From a virus, in the IMG/VR virus record IMGVR_UViG_3300035698_022014, positions 1 through 64,000 of that record: a stretch of 64,000 nt of DNA; one strand, 5' to 3'. Each line of letters opens with the position of its first letter. Within the stretch, counting starts at the first letter, position 1. This document shows, in pieces, positions 10,401-19,288 of this stretch. A program made the position numbers and the translations under genes. The notes beneath the pieces are model-generated. The model saw nothing but the letters and a program-made list of their open reading frames with translations. It had not been told where the DNA came from and did no database searches.

Positions 10401-12875
10401 TGACAATAGGGGGAAACCAGGAACCGTGATCTCAGCAACGATCGAACTTTCCATCTTATCAATTTTGCCTAAAGATGTGCCGACAACGTCGCCGACAATG
10501 TATTTGAATCTGCCATGTGAACTGCCAACGATGTAATCAACACGACTTCCATAATACTCTATGTCTACTGAGGCACTCGTATCGAAAGCAGGCACGACGT
10601 GGTTGACACCTGATGAAAACAACTCTGAAGAAGAGTTAGGCAACGACACCTGGGGGGAAAGTAGTGTTGCTCCGCCTGCAGTTGGAGAATATGCTGCAAC
10701 AGGGAGTCTGTATGGTCTGAAGTCAATAGACGATTTGAGATCGAGTACGTTACCATCTTCCGTCTCAAAGTAGGTTATGTAATCACTATCAACGTTTACA
10801 TAACTATCTACTGTAAAGAAGTTAATTTCAGAGCTCACGTCAACCTTGAACACACGAACTTTTATGGTAAGGACAGAAGCAGGGGGGACAGGCCTTCCAG
10901 GTATTTTTTCAATGTATGAGTGATCGTAGAAATTGTCCTTTTGGTTCTTCTTCAAACGGAAACTATCTGTGAAATCGTTTGAAGAAGAATCCTCAACGCT
11001 TATTATTTCTATTGCATCAGACAGTCCAAGCGTATACACTGAATCTGTTGACGCGTATGTGGTTTTGACAAAAACCTCAAACACTTGTTTGACTCTTGCC
11101 TCAGCACTTATAATGGTTGCATTATAATATACCGTCACGTTCTGGGTACCTGAGGAAGCTGCAATTACAAGATTGCCGTCTACAATTTCAGCGCTCGTAA
11201 TCGTAGCAGCTGTGTTGTCTGCACTCTTAATCACTAATATGTTCAACAGTGTGTTGGAATTGAACACTTCATCGCTTGAAGGTTCTATTGTTATTGTTCC
11301 TGACGACGAAGGTGAAATTTTGCTTCTTCTAATACTGAATGACATGTCAGACAGTGACTTGACAAAAGATCTATTAGCGTCAAATACCAAAATAGATTCT
11401 GACGAATTGATCATTTTTGGAGTGATCTGAATTTCACCTTTGTCTGTGCCCTCTTTTACATATACTACATCGTCAAATTTTTCAGTCGCATTCATTCTAA
11501 TGCTAAACAGATACATTCTGTCCGTTGTATAGTTTTTGACTATTGCAGATCCTATTGGGCTTAAATTTGTGTCTAACAACGATACGTTTTGCATCGATCC
11601 AATGGTAACGCTTCCTGTGGCTGCAACAACTTTGCAATATCCACCGTAATTAAAGTTTACAGGCTGGTTACTAACATCAAATGTTGTTGTGTTTGCATTT
11701 GGTATTTCGAACAACCTTTTTGAGTCGTTCGAAACTCTATAACCTTTCGAATATGCAACGCCTTCGCCCATCTCCACAAAAAAGGTGTCTGTTGCCTCGT
11801 TCTTGAGTATTTTAAATTGAAATTCGTTCTTTGCAAAGTCCCCATTAGTCTCGTATGTTCTTCTTGCCAATTCTCTCGCGATCGAGTTAAACTCAGATAC
11901 GTTTCTCGTCTCGACAGGATATCCGTTTTCGTATCTACGGAGAATGAAGAATTCAGGATCAGCTTCTGCTGTCGGTGTTGCAATTGCAACAAGTTTCGGC
12001 ACTAGCAAAAGTCTGTCAGCGCCAGGTGCATTCTCGTTTGGAGATCCGTTTGCATTGTCGAGCAATGAAGAGTCTTGCTGTGAGCTAACGATCGTCTCGT
12101 CTACAGCATATCCAACAGATATATCGTTGGGCTGAATTGCGAATGGGTCGTCTGACTGGGTCATATACTTCTTAACAACAATAGTCTGATCGTCAACAAA
12201 TAGGAAGTGGCCACGCTGAAATATGATACCCTCTGAAGCATTCAGGCCAAACGAGGCTCCTATAGGAGTGGAGAAACCTGCAACAGAAGTGCTTGCGACT
12301 ATTCCGTTGTCAACAATTGACTCTACAGCCTGTCCTTCGACGGTCTGTGTTCTTAGAATATACTCTCTAACATTAAGGGAATCATTCGGCTCATAGAGTT
12401 TCTTTTCGATGTTACCTACAAGAACAGTGTTCAAGTAGGTAACAAAAAACGTATTGAGATCAGGAGCTCTGCTTTGGAAGCCTGATTCGCCTTGGACGAC
12501 CAGTGACTTCAGACCATTCTCATCTTCGATCTCATAATAATACTCGTCTATCGTACCGTCTTCTTGAACAATAGTACGCTCAACAAATTCCTCAGGAGCT
12601 GCTCTACTCGAATCAGAGCTGAATATTATTGCGTCGACGACCTTTATGTATTGCAAGTTAGTGAATTCAGTGAAGGTACACCCTTTAATGATTGATCCTT
12701 CTTTGTATATGTTCTCCCCAAACTGCTCAATCTGATTTTGAAGAGTAGTCTGTAGTTGAGTCAATTCCCTTGCTTGTACAGCAAAACCAGGCTTGAAAAG
12801 GATTCGATAATATTTGTTGGCAATGTCATAATCATCGAAGTACGGTGCTATGTTTAAATCCGTTTTGATACCCAT
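7443..12875 (-). CDS. Large baseplate-associated virion protein, VrlC/DUF4815-like
   Basis: N-terminus PYFDDYD...YRILFKPGFAVQARELTQLQ; NAPGADRL; RFKNGIVVDPF; DPLSQTFFV. Confidence 0.85.
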   Translation of the reverse strand: MGIKTDLNIAPYFDDYDIANKYYRILFKPGFAVQARELTQLQTTLQNQIEQFGENIYKEGSIIKGCTFTEFTNLQYIKVVDAIIFSSDSSRAAPEEFVERTIVQEDGTIDEYYYEIEDENGLKSLVVQGESGFQSRAPDLNTFFVTYLNTVLVGNIEKKLYEPNDSLNVREYILRTQTVEGQAVESIVDNGIVASTSVAGFSTPIGASFGLNASEGIIFQRGHFLFVDDQTIVVKKYMTQSDDPFAIQPNDISVGYAVDETIVSSQQDSSLLDNANGSPNENAPGADRLLLVPKLVAIATPTAEADPEFFILRRYENGYPVETRNVSEFNSIARELARRTYETNGDFAKNEFQFKILKNEATDTFFVEMGEGVAYSKGYRVSNDSKRLFEIPNANTTTFDVSNQPVNFNYGGYCKVVAATGSVTIGSMQNVSLLDTNLSPIGSAIVKNYTTDRMYLFSIRMNATEKFDDVVYVKEGTDKGEIQITPKMINSSESILVFDANRSFVKSLSDMSFSIRRSKISPSSSGTITIEPSSDEVFNSNTLLNILVIKSADNTAATITSAEIVDGNLVIAASSGTQNVTVYYNATIISAEARVKQVFEVFVKTTYASTDSVYTLGLSDAIEIISVEDSSSNDFTDSFRLKKNQKDNFYDHSYIEKIPGRPVPPASVLTIKVRVFKVDVSSEINFFTVDSYVNVDSDYITYFETEDGNVLDLKSSIDFRPYRLPVAAYSPTAGGATLLSPQVSLPNSSSELFSSGVNHVVPAFDTSASVDIEYYGSRVDYIVGSSHGRFKYIVGDVVGTSLGKIDKMESSIVAEITVPGFPLLSPEKATRLNRRGETVQIKRKTIKTYTMKDIDKISNKIDRLMYYTQISALESGTRNLLIQDENGLNRFKNGIVVDPFNDLSIADLTDPSFNASVDFTESALYPSVKQFPLNLKVKELTNTQSFDVNNRVVTLGANQLVKFLKQQYATNFRSCTSNFYKYRGTGFISPEYDVAYDTVTTPTVFEIDLVTPFSQFAESLGEFAPLTSTQRNLLSSSVSVVSNRNSMITTTAQTVEDIFRELNVIEGQTREQFVGDFVTNTEFRPYIRSAELSIQMYGLRPNTRHYFFFDELDVNASVAPGRLIEDLTGISSGSEVRRSGAFGAQVSSNANGEVFAVFKIPENRFIVGEREFIVADVETFDDMISASASAGRLKYNSYNFNVEKTGLTLSTRHPEIDVQTSRATSTTNSVTTRTIPPFVERDGGGGGGAPGGDPLSQTFFVKDTMTQGADALHLGRLDVFFKRKSIVNGVTVMIREVENGFPSFEILPFAKKHLRSSQVNVSDDASVATTILFDAPIRLEAEKEYAIVVMPDANDPDYLIFTQKVGGTDLITGQDVNSDWGDGVLFTSTNNRAWKSYQDEDIRFDLFRYNFNVNVGTVELETDDVEFLSVENTVGRFVSDELAYMFTAPEVTTYSTTTNTTSNVVTGSALNNYSAGDYLYIENLSEDRDLLRVVSVTSSTQIIVDKFPQFSGTFASRPVVAGRINYFNARSPDFMVLEKSSARESKLFAASGLLFGIDSDARLTITSVDNVEISYIQAMINRIVDVDSNVRVAVKAVDPAAPSNLPYVQEFDFANKMLFNETGCLVFSKSNDVPSEKNLRIVLTLDKDNVPTTTPLVDVETAKLFAYIYNVTSNSDTTSKYISKKVELKEGFEGEDFRLYVTGYRPTGTDIKTYIKLKNGSDPVSLRNNDWIELDKIEGASLFSSGTNTNDYKEFVYEIPASEKQEGVVMYTNDAGTHIGYRSFAIRIDMISENVASVPKLLDYRGISFE

Positions 12876-12890
12876 TGTGTGCCTTTACCT

Positions 12891-14468
12891 TTAGAAGTCT
12901 ATAATAAGACGTAATTGTTCGATTTTGTCTTGAGATCTGGTTATAGGAGTAGAATCCGATATAAAGAGAACATCGCCTGAATCGCTGATATATGGCGAGT
13001 ATTCTATTGTATTTATGTCGATGCCGCCTGTCTCCACACTGATTGGCTGTGTATTTACAAATATTTCCGTGTATGGGCCCACATAATTGGAAACATATAT
13101 GGTGGATTCGGCCGAATCCACCTCGTGAACAGTCCCTTCCACGTCTCCTTGAGTCACAACATCACCGACAGAAAGAGCTCCAACGCTCGATCCTAAAAAC
13201 ATTTTGAGTCTATTGTCGAAGGTAGTCGCGTCAAACGCACCGTCAAATAATGGCGATTTGACCAAACCTATTTTACTATATGTTCCTGATGATGGTATAG
13301 AAGAACCAGCACCACTCGAAATGCTTTTTGCAATTCCTATATGTTTAGATTTCAGCTCTCTGAATATGTTGGTTCCGTGGCCTCCTCTAGGTGAGATAAT
13401 AGGTCTAATTGTAGCGACAATTGCTCCTTCATTGACGTCAAAAGCTTGAACAGGGGTTTTTATATATGCTCCTGCTCGTGTGTAGTTCGATCCATACTCA
13501 AGCATTCTTGTGGAGACTATTTTACCTCCTTCGAAAATGGGCATTGCAACAGCGCCTGTACCGTCACCTTTTATTTCTATGGTTGGTGCAATCTGTATTA
13601 CGTCATTTGCTTCAATAAAGGTGTTGGACAACACCTTGACATAAGGTTTCGAATTCAGAGTGCCTGACTCAATTATATTGAACGCACGCGACTCGAGTAT
13701 AGACGAAGAATCGTTTTTTCTAACATACAAAGTTCTGTTCAGATAGAAATTCGGAGTAGTAAAATCAAACGTCTGTATAGGAGACAAATCTGAGCTACTG
13801 GAAGATTCAAGTTTTACAGGCGAATTTATAAATATTGTTGACGTCAACGAGTCAAAACTCTCGACAATGCCTGTTATCAGCTCATACCCACGATTAGATT
13901 CGCCGTTCTCCACAATAATAGAATATATTCCATCGTTGGCGACGGATTCCACCAAGGCATTTCTCACGATAGGTATCAGATTTCTTGTAAAAAATCTTCT
14001 ATATGTAATGAACGGCGTTGACGACATATATTTCCACACATAGCCATCAGCCAACTCGTATATTCCGTCACTTATGTTGTTTATAAAAATGGGTTTGTTT
14101 AGGGATGGTGTGTTTAGGGAGTTTGATAAACACTTGAATATATGATAGTCTCCACCTTCAATGTCAGGCTCAACAACCACAAAGAAGCTTTCTTCAGATA
14201 AGTTAACACTATTGTCGAAGGCTACGTATGTTGTCCCTTGACGCCATACAACACTTGCTAGCATAAACGAAATGTCTTTGGGTTCTACCTGAATACCAAA
14301 GATGGCCCGTCCAAGAAACTCTTGAGCTGTCATTTGCGAGTTAGTAGATCTTGTTCTTGCTAATTCGCCTGCAAACGATCCGAACAACCAAAAATTGTTA
14401 TCAATTAAGTTTTTCATGTAGTAGTTCTCTACAAGATCGTAGTCGAATTTATCTAATTTTGTTGACAC
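12891..14468 (-). CDS. gp8: Baseplate wedge protein gp8-like
   Basis: IFKCLSN, DGYVWKYM, ISPRGGHG, PITRSQDKIEQLRLIIDF; synteny. Confidence 0.8.
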   Translation of the reverse strand: MSTKLDKFDYDLVENYYMKNLIDNNFWLFGSFAGELARTRSTNSQMTAQEFLGRAIFGIQVEPKDISFMLASVVWRQGTTYVAFDNSVNLSEESFFVVVEPDIEGGDYHIFKCLSNSLNTPSLNKPIFINNISDGIYELADGYVWKYMSSTPFITYRRFFTRNLIPIVRNALVESVANDGIYSIIVENGESNRGYELITGIVESFDSLTSTIFINSPVKLESSSSSDLSPIQTFDFTTPNFYLNRTLYVRKNDSSSILESRAFNIIESGTLNSKPYVKVLSNTFIEANDVIQIAPTIEIKGDGTGAVAMPIFEGGKIVSTRMLEYGSNYTRAGAYIKTPVQAFDVNEGAIVATIRPIISPRGGHGTNIFRELKSKHIGIAKSISSGAGSSIPSSGTYSKIGLVKSPLFDGAFDATTFDNRLKMFLGSSVGALSVGDVVTQGDVEGTVHEVDSAESTIYVSNYVGPYTEIFVNTQPISVETGGIDINTIEYSPYISDSGDVLFISDSTPITRSQDKIEQLRLIIDF

Positions 14469-14487
14469 TTGAAAACCTCAATCGATG

Positions 14488-17058
14488 TTATGTTGATAAG
14501 TATTGGAAGTTAGTACTCGATACAAACACACCGTCATCTGAGATGTATTGATTGCCTGTTTCTAAATCCAAATCAGAAACACGAACATCAGGTATGGTAA
14601 CATCGATAGTAATGACGTCTGTCTTAGTGAATTTGGTGAACAACTTCATCCCAGAAGGGTGTAGTAGATCTCTATATTCCGTCTCGTATATACTTGTAGA
14701 TATATCTGTATTTATTTCATACGAATAGTCTTGATAAAACACACTATCCTGTAAAACTTTGTTGCTGTTAATTTGTGAGGCGAAACTCGTCCATCTGCCT
14801 TCTGTTAGCCCTTGACGGCGTGACCTTGCAACGCCGACCGAATCAGGTACTGGATCATTAATGACAAACAAATCCAGATTCTCTTGGAACCACTGAGTGT
14901 TCCTCAAGGCAGGAACTATTATTCTGTTCCACATATTCAAATTATTTGGACTTGCTGTCTCTGTGGCTATCTGTTCAAATATAGAAGCATCAAGTGCAGA
15001 CAATATTCCATCTGCACTTATGTCTCCATATATATAATCATTTGTGCCAAGAGTCTTAATAAACGATTCTAACGGGATTGACCTTGTAACATCGCCTGTA
15101 ATAATTTTCGACACTTCTGCGAAAAAGGTTCCGCCTTCTGATTGTGCAACGGGTACAATTGGGGTTATGTTGTCACGAATGGCTTTTGTGGTGTTATAAA
15201 TTTCAACGGAAGAGCCATCTGCATACCCAAAACCGCTGTCAATTATTTCAAGCGCTTCAATTTTTCCTGTGACTGTTTGTACTGTTCCCTTGATATGTGC
15301 ATTCAATCCTATAGGTTGAGATGAAAGGTCTCTAGAAATTGCCGTCACGGTTATTGGTGCTGTACTATCAAGTTTAAATATAGGCTGAGACAACACAAAC
15401 GATGCAAATGACAAGTGAGTCACGTATAAATTGTTACCTTCTACTCTTACGATACGGCCTTTGACTTGAATGTCTACTTGATTACCCTCAAAGGTTTCGA
15501 CAGTAATCTGTTGTCTTATCTCATCGCCCACGAACAATATTACACCTGCAGCAGGGACAATTCTCAGTACCTGATCTCTAAGGTTGAAGCGCCTAATAAT
15601 ATCTTCTCTTGCAACAAGGAACACATCGCTAAAATAATCTGTTCCAGGATTCACGTTTGAAAGTGTAGATATTGCTCCTAACGTAAAACTTTCAGGGACG
15701 AATGCTACGTTCAATTGCGTGGCAATTGACGGAACAACATCGTTGACTCTCGTTCCACTCATTTCTATTATAGCAGGAGGAACGGCAGAGAAGTTTGCTG
15801 AATCTAGCGGGACGTCCAAATAATTTTGTATTAAATCTGTAATGATGATAATATCTTCTGTGTTTTCTATCAATCCAACATCGACACTAGCGCTGCCATT
15901 AGGCTCTGTGATGAATATAGGGACAGTGGCAATGTTTTCTGGTCTGTCGACTGTATTGATCTCAAAACCGCCTTCAAAGAAGTATGTAGCTGGCTGATTT
16001 GTCGCTTCGTCTGTTGATAGGTCAAGTTTAACCCCAACGGACGTTTTGCTCTGACCAATTACCAAACCTGTGACTAGTGTAGAACTACTGTTGATCTGCT
16101 GTACAGTCTCGCCCACAATGAACTGTACAGTAGCCTCATCGAGTTCTGGATCAGCAGTGAAGAATGTTTGTGTAGATATCTCTATGTCTGTGTTTGATAC
16201 TGTGTAGCCATATCCACCCGAAACTACATCAAAGTTAATCTCGCCTGTCAGTTCCTTAGATGTGGCTGAGACTCTTGCTTTGCCGCCGTAACCATCTGTA
16301 GACGTAACGTCCACAACGTCGCCTATCCGGTTGTCACTGCTAGCGATTGCAGTAGGTTCGATGTCGATGTTTCGTAAGGACCCATACACTCTACCGTATG
16401 TAATGTCTGGATTTCTACTAAAAATTACATCAAACCCTACAAATTCGCCTCTTACGTCACTGATGAACAGAATTGGGATTAATGCTTTGTTGATGGTGAT
16501 AAAATAGATGCTATCCACAAACGCCTCAGCTCTACTCTTGTCACCAAACACTTTCTTGTTTACAACTCCCTTGAAGATGTCTGTGTTGTAAACAGCACCA
16601 AGTTGTATGAAAGTACCTACTTTCCACTGTGAGGAAGACGGTGTAAAAATATCCTGTGACGGATAATATATTTCAACTTCTGTATCGAAGAAGAGTTTGA
16701 AAAAAAGCTCAATGCCTTCTTTTGATCCTTTGCGACGATATAAATCTAATATGTGCTTGATGAGGAACCTTGTATCCTCCTGAAAAAACAGACCATTCAT
16801 GTATTTGTTTTTGAAGAAAATTAGCATTCGATCGAGTGTAGAATCAATGTCACGATATTCGTAAATTCTTCTTATGTTGTATACTGATTGGTTCTCTTGT
16901 GTCTCCATGAACTCGTAGTATCTTTTTACAAGTTCAATAAGTTCTCTTCCGTCCTCGCGGTACAAAGCAGGAAATTGGTTTTCAACAACGAAAGATGTTG
17001 TTGTCGATTCAGCCAGAACATAGTCTGTGAGACGAATGTCGTTGATGTTTTCGGCCAT
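14488..17058 (-). CDS. gp7: Baseplate wedge protein, gp7-like
   Basis: YRRKGSKEGIELFFKLFF and LQDSVFYQDYSYEI...LHPSGMKLF; lies between gp6 and gp8. Confidence 0.7.
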   Translation of the reverse strand: MAENINDIRLTDYVLAESTTTSFVVENQFPALYREDGRELIELVKRYYEFMETQENQSVYNIRRIYEYRDIDSTLDRMLIFFKNKYMNGLFFQEDTRFLIKHILDLYRRKGSKEGIELFFKLFFDTEVEIYYPSQDIFTPSSSQWKVGTFIQLGAVYNTDIFKGVVNKKVFGDKSRAEAFVDSIYFITINKALIPILFISDVRGEFVGFDVIFSRNPDITYGRVYGSLRNIDIEPTAIASSDNRIGDVVDVTSTDGYGGKARVSATSKELTGEINFDVVSGGYGYTVSNTDIEISTQTFFTADPELDEATVQFIVGETVQQINSSSTLVTGLVIGQSKTSVGVKLDLSTDEATNQPATYFFEGGFEINTVDRPENIATVPIFITEPNGSASVDVGLIENTEDIIIITDLIQNYLDVPLDSANFSAVPPAIIEMSGTRVNDVVPSIATQLNVAFVPESFTLGAISTLSNVNPGTDYFSDVFLVAREDIIRRFNLRDQVLRIVPAAGVILFVGDEIRQQITVETFEGNQVDIQVKGRIVRVEGNNLYVTHLSFASFVLSQPIFKLDSTAPITVTAISRDLSSQPIGLNAHIKGTVQTVTGKIEALEIIDSGFGYADGSSVEIYNTTKAIRDNITPIVPVAQSEGGTFFAEVSKIITGDVTRSIPLESFIKTLGTNDYIYGDISADGILSALDASIFEQIATETASPNNLNMWNRIIVPALRNTQWFQENLDLFVINDPVPDSVGVARSRRQGLTEGRWTSFASQINSNKVLQDSVFYQDYSYEINTDISTSIYETEYRDLLHPSGMKLFTKFTKTDVITIDVTIPDVRVSDLDLETGNQYISDDGVFVSSTNFQYLST

Positions 17059-18840
17059 TTATCTCGACTCTATTATTGTAATGGTTGTATCTTTGTCTAA
17101 TGATATCAGGACTCTAGTGTTTGGCGCTGATACGTTTCTTTCGCGTGTCTTGGCAGATACGCGGATTCCATCACCAACGTATGAATCCGCTACGAAGTCA
17201 GAAAGTCGTGCCACGCCGTTCGTATAATCAACCGTTCCAACATTGCGTCTGATGACGTCCAACACGCCCTCTGATCTTCTACTTGAATCCACAATGTTCA
17301 CAATCCCTAAGCCGTTATCTTCAAAAATAGCATTTATACCATCAAACACAAATGGGCTACTCTGAACGATTGAATTGTAGCTTTCAGACCTCGTTGCCTG
17401 TGTCAGACTGTTGGGCGTTTGGAGCGGTGTTCCAAAATCAAAAATAGGATTGTCTTTTAGTTTAAATTGAGGTGAATATAGTATATACGGTACAGCTTCC
17501 ATCGTGTTGCTTGTGATAGCAAGGTTGCTATTGTCTATCAATGCGGACACTCTGGAAAGCTCAAATATAGCTCCAAACTTATCAAGTGAAGCGTTGTTGT
17601 ATGCTTTGATAACTTCTCTGACACTCTGCTCTATTTCAGACTCAGATTGAGTGGTCTGTTTCCTTGAATAGAAGACGTTTATGCTCAAGGAAACATACAA
17701 GAACTTAGGAGGTAAAAATATCGGCTGAATGGCAACAGGTGTCTTGTCTCTGAGATAAACCTCATAGTTTCGTGCAGCAACGTCTGATAGGCCACCATCA
17801 ACATTGACTGCTATTGCTACTTTACCAAAACGTGGCGGGTCAAGCTCATCGCCACCAAATACAGAGATGTCTTTTATTTCGTTAAATCGTTGTTTTAGCA
17901 AAACTTCATAATCACGTGAAGTGACAGCGCGTTCTTGAATTTGTATTGATCTTGGAGCGAAAAATTTAATATCTTCAACTGTTTCTTTTTCAGCGCCACC
18001 CCTTGCGTTTGTGGTAGTTATAATAGTCACGTTGGGCACGAACGCAGTAGTAAATTTGCACGCTCCGTTTGCCTCACTGCCACTAGTTACTCTATACAGT
18101 AATCTTATTTGCTCATTCTCGGCTGGGCTTCTACCAAATTTTTCGTTGCCAAACAGCACTTCGTATGTACCATCAAAACCTGGTTCTATGTAGAATACAG
18201 CATCACCTGTTTGTACTCCAAAAACATCGCTGCGATACACATACTCAATTGTATCGAGTGGTTGGTCAAACTGCTCAAATACCTTAATGCTCGACGTGTC
18301 TACATTTTGGTTGATCAGTCTAATAGATTTTCTCGCTCCAGTGACAAAGAAGCCCTCGTCAACTATTTCCCCCTCGAAAATTTCAACATCATTAGCAACA
18401 AACACACCCTCTGCTGTTCGTCTTGCTATGAACACATTGTTGGTGTAAAAATTGTATCTTTCACCTGCATGTGTTGTGGTAAACCGTGTATTCGCAGGTA
18501 TTGTGATGACCGATCCTGTCTCTTGTGTATTGGTGATTGATACATTTATTATAGCAACAGCCGATTTGGCAGATCTGGGAAGATAGTTCAACTCTTTTGC
18601 GTGCGATACAACAGAGTTCTCTAATTGAGCACTGTCGAGAAACATTTCAGAGATTGCCATGTTTGTGTAGAAATTGTTCTGGTATGTGTTATAAGCAAGC
18701 ACGTCAAGTAACACAGACATGTTCGAACCTTCAAAGTCAACATCTTTGAATCTACCTGTCGGATCAGCTTTGAGATAATCTTTTAGTTGAGATTTAACAC
18801 GAAAGAAATCTAGTTCTGTAATTGGCGTCTTTAATGACAT
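17059..18840 (-). CDS. gp6: Baseplate wedge subunit gp6
   Basis: ELDF..., DFEGSNMSVLLDVLAYNT, FLDSAQL, QERAVTSRDY. Confidence 0.93.
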   Translation of the reverse strand: MSLKTPITELDFFRVKSQLKDYLKADPTGRFKDVDFEGSNMSVLLDVLAYNTYQNNFYTNMAISEMFLDSAQLENSVVSHAKELNYLPRSAKSAVAIINVSITNTQETGSVITIPANTRFTTTHAGERYNFYTNNVFIARRTAEGVFVANDVEIFEGEIVDEGFFVTGARKSIRLINQNVDTSSIKVFEQFDQPLDTIEYVYRSDVFGVQTGDAVFYIEPGFDGTYEVLFGNEKFGRSPAENEQIRLLYRVTSGSEANGACKFTTAFVPNVTIITTTNARGGAEKETVEDIKFFAPRSIQIQERAVTSRDYEVLLKQRFNEIKDISVFGGDELDPPRFGKVAIAVNVDGGLSDVAARNYEVYLRDKTPVAIQPIFLPPKFLYVSLSINVFYSRKQTTQSESEIEQSVREVIKAYNNASLDKFGAIFELSRVSALIDNSNLAITSNTMEAVPYILYSPQFKLKDNPIFDFGTPLQTPNSLTQATRSESYNSIVQSSPFVFDGINAIFEDNGLGIVNIVDSSRRSEGVLDVIRRNVGTVDYTNGVARLSDFVADSYVGDGIRVSAKTRERNVSAPNTRVLISLDKDTTITIIESR

Positions 18841-18844
18841 TTGT

Positions 18845-19285
18845 TTACCTTACTCGCTCTATAAACACTGTAATTGATATTGGTGCTTCGTTGTCTTTTA
18901 CATAGAAGTATATAGTGATTTGGACTTTGTTGTCGTCATACAATGATATGACATCTATATCAATTAATGATACTCTTGGCTCGAAGTTATTTATAACATC
19001 ACGTACACGTTCTTCAAGTATTTTCAGAGTAACAGGAGTAACATTTTCAAACAGTGAAGCTCGAACGTCAGAACCAAGATTTGGCTGAAACAGTCTTTCA
19101 CCTCTGTCTGTTAGAATCAAATTCTTCAACGATTCCTTTATCGATTCTTCGTTTGTCCTTAATGCAACGTCCAATGATATAGGATTTACTGTCAAGTCCT
19201 TGTGGAAGTCTGTATATACAACTCTCTTTTTCCGTAGAGGCGACACTCTAGGAATAGGATAAAGTGGATCATTAAGTGTAAACAT
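18845..19285 (-). CDS. gp25: Baseplate wedge subunit gp25
   Basis: LKNLILTDRGERLFQPNLGS...NFEPRV. Confidence 0.93.
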   Translation of the reverse strand: MFTLNDPLYPIPRVSPLRKKRVVYTDFHKDLTVNPISLDVALRTNEESIKESLKNLILTDRGERLFQPNLGSDVRASLFENVTPVTLKILEERVRDVINNFEPRVSLIDIDVISLYDDNKVQITIYFYVKDNEAPISITVFIERVR

Positions 19286-19288
19286 TTG

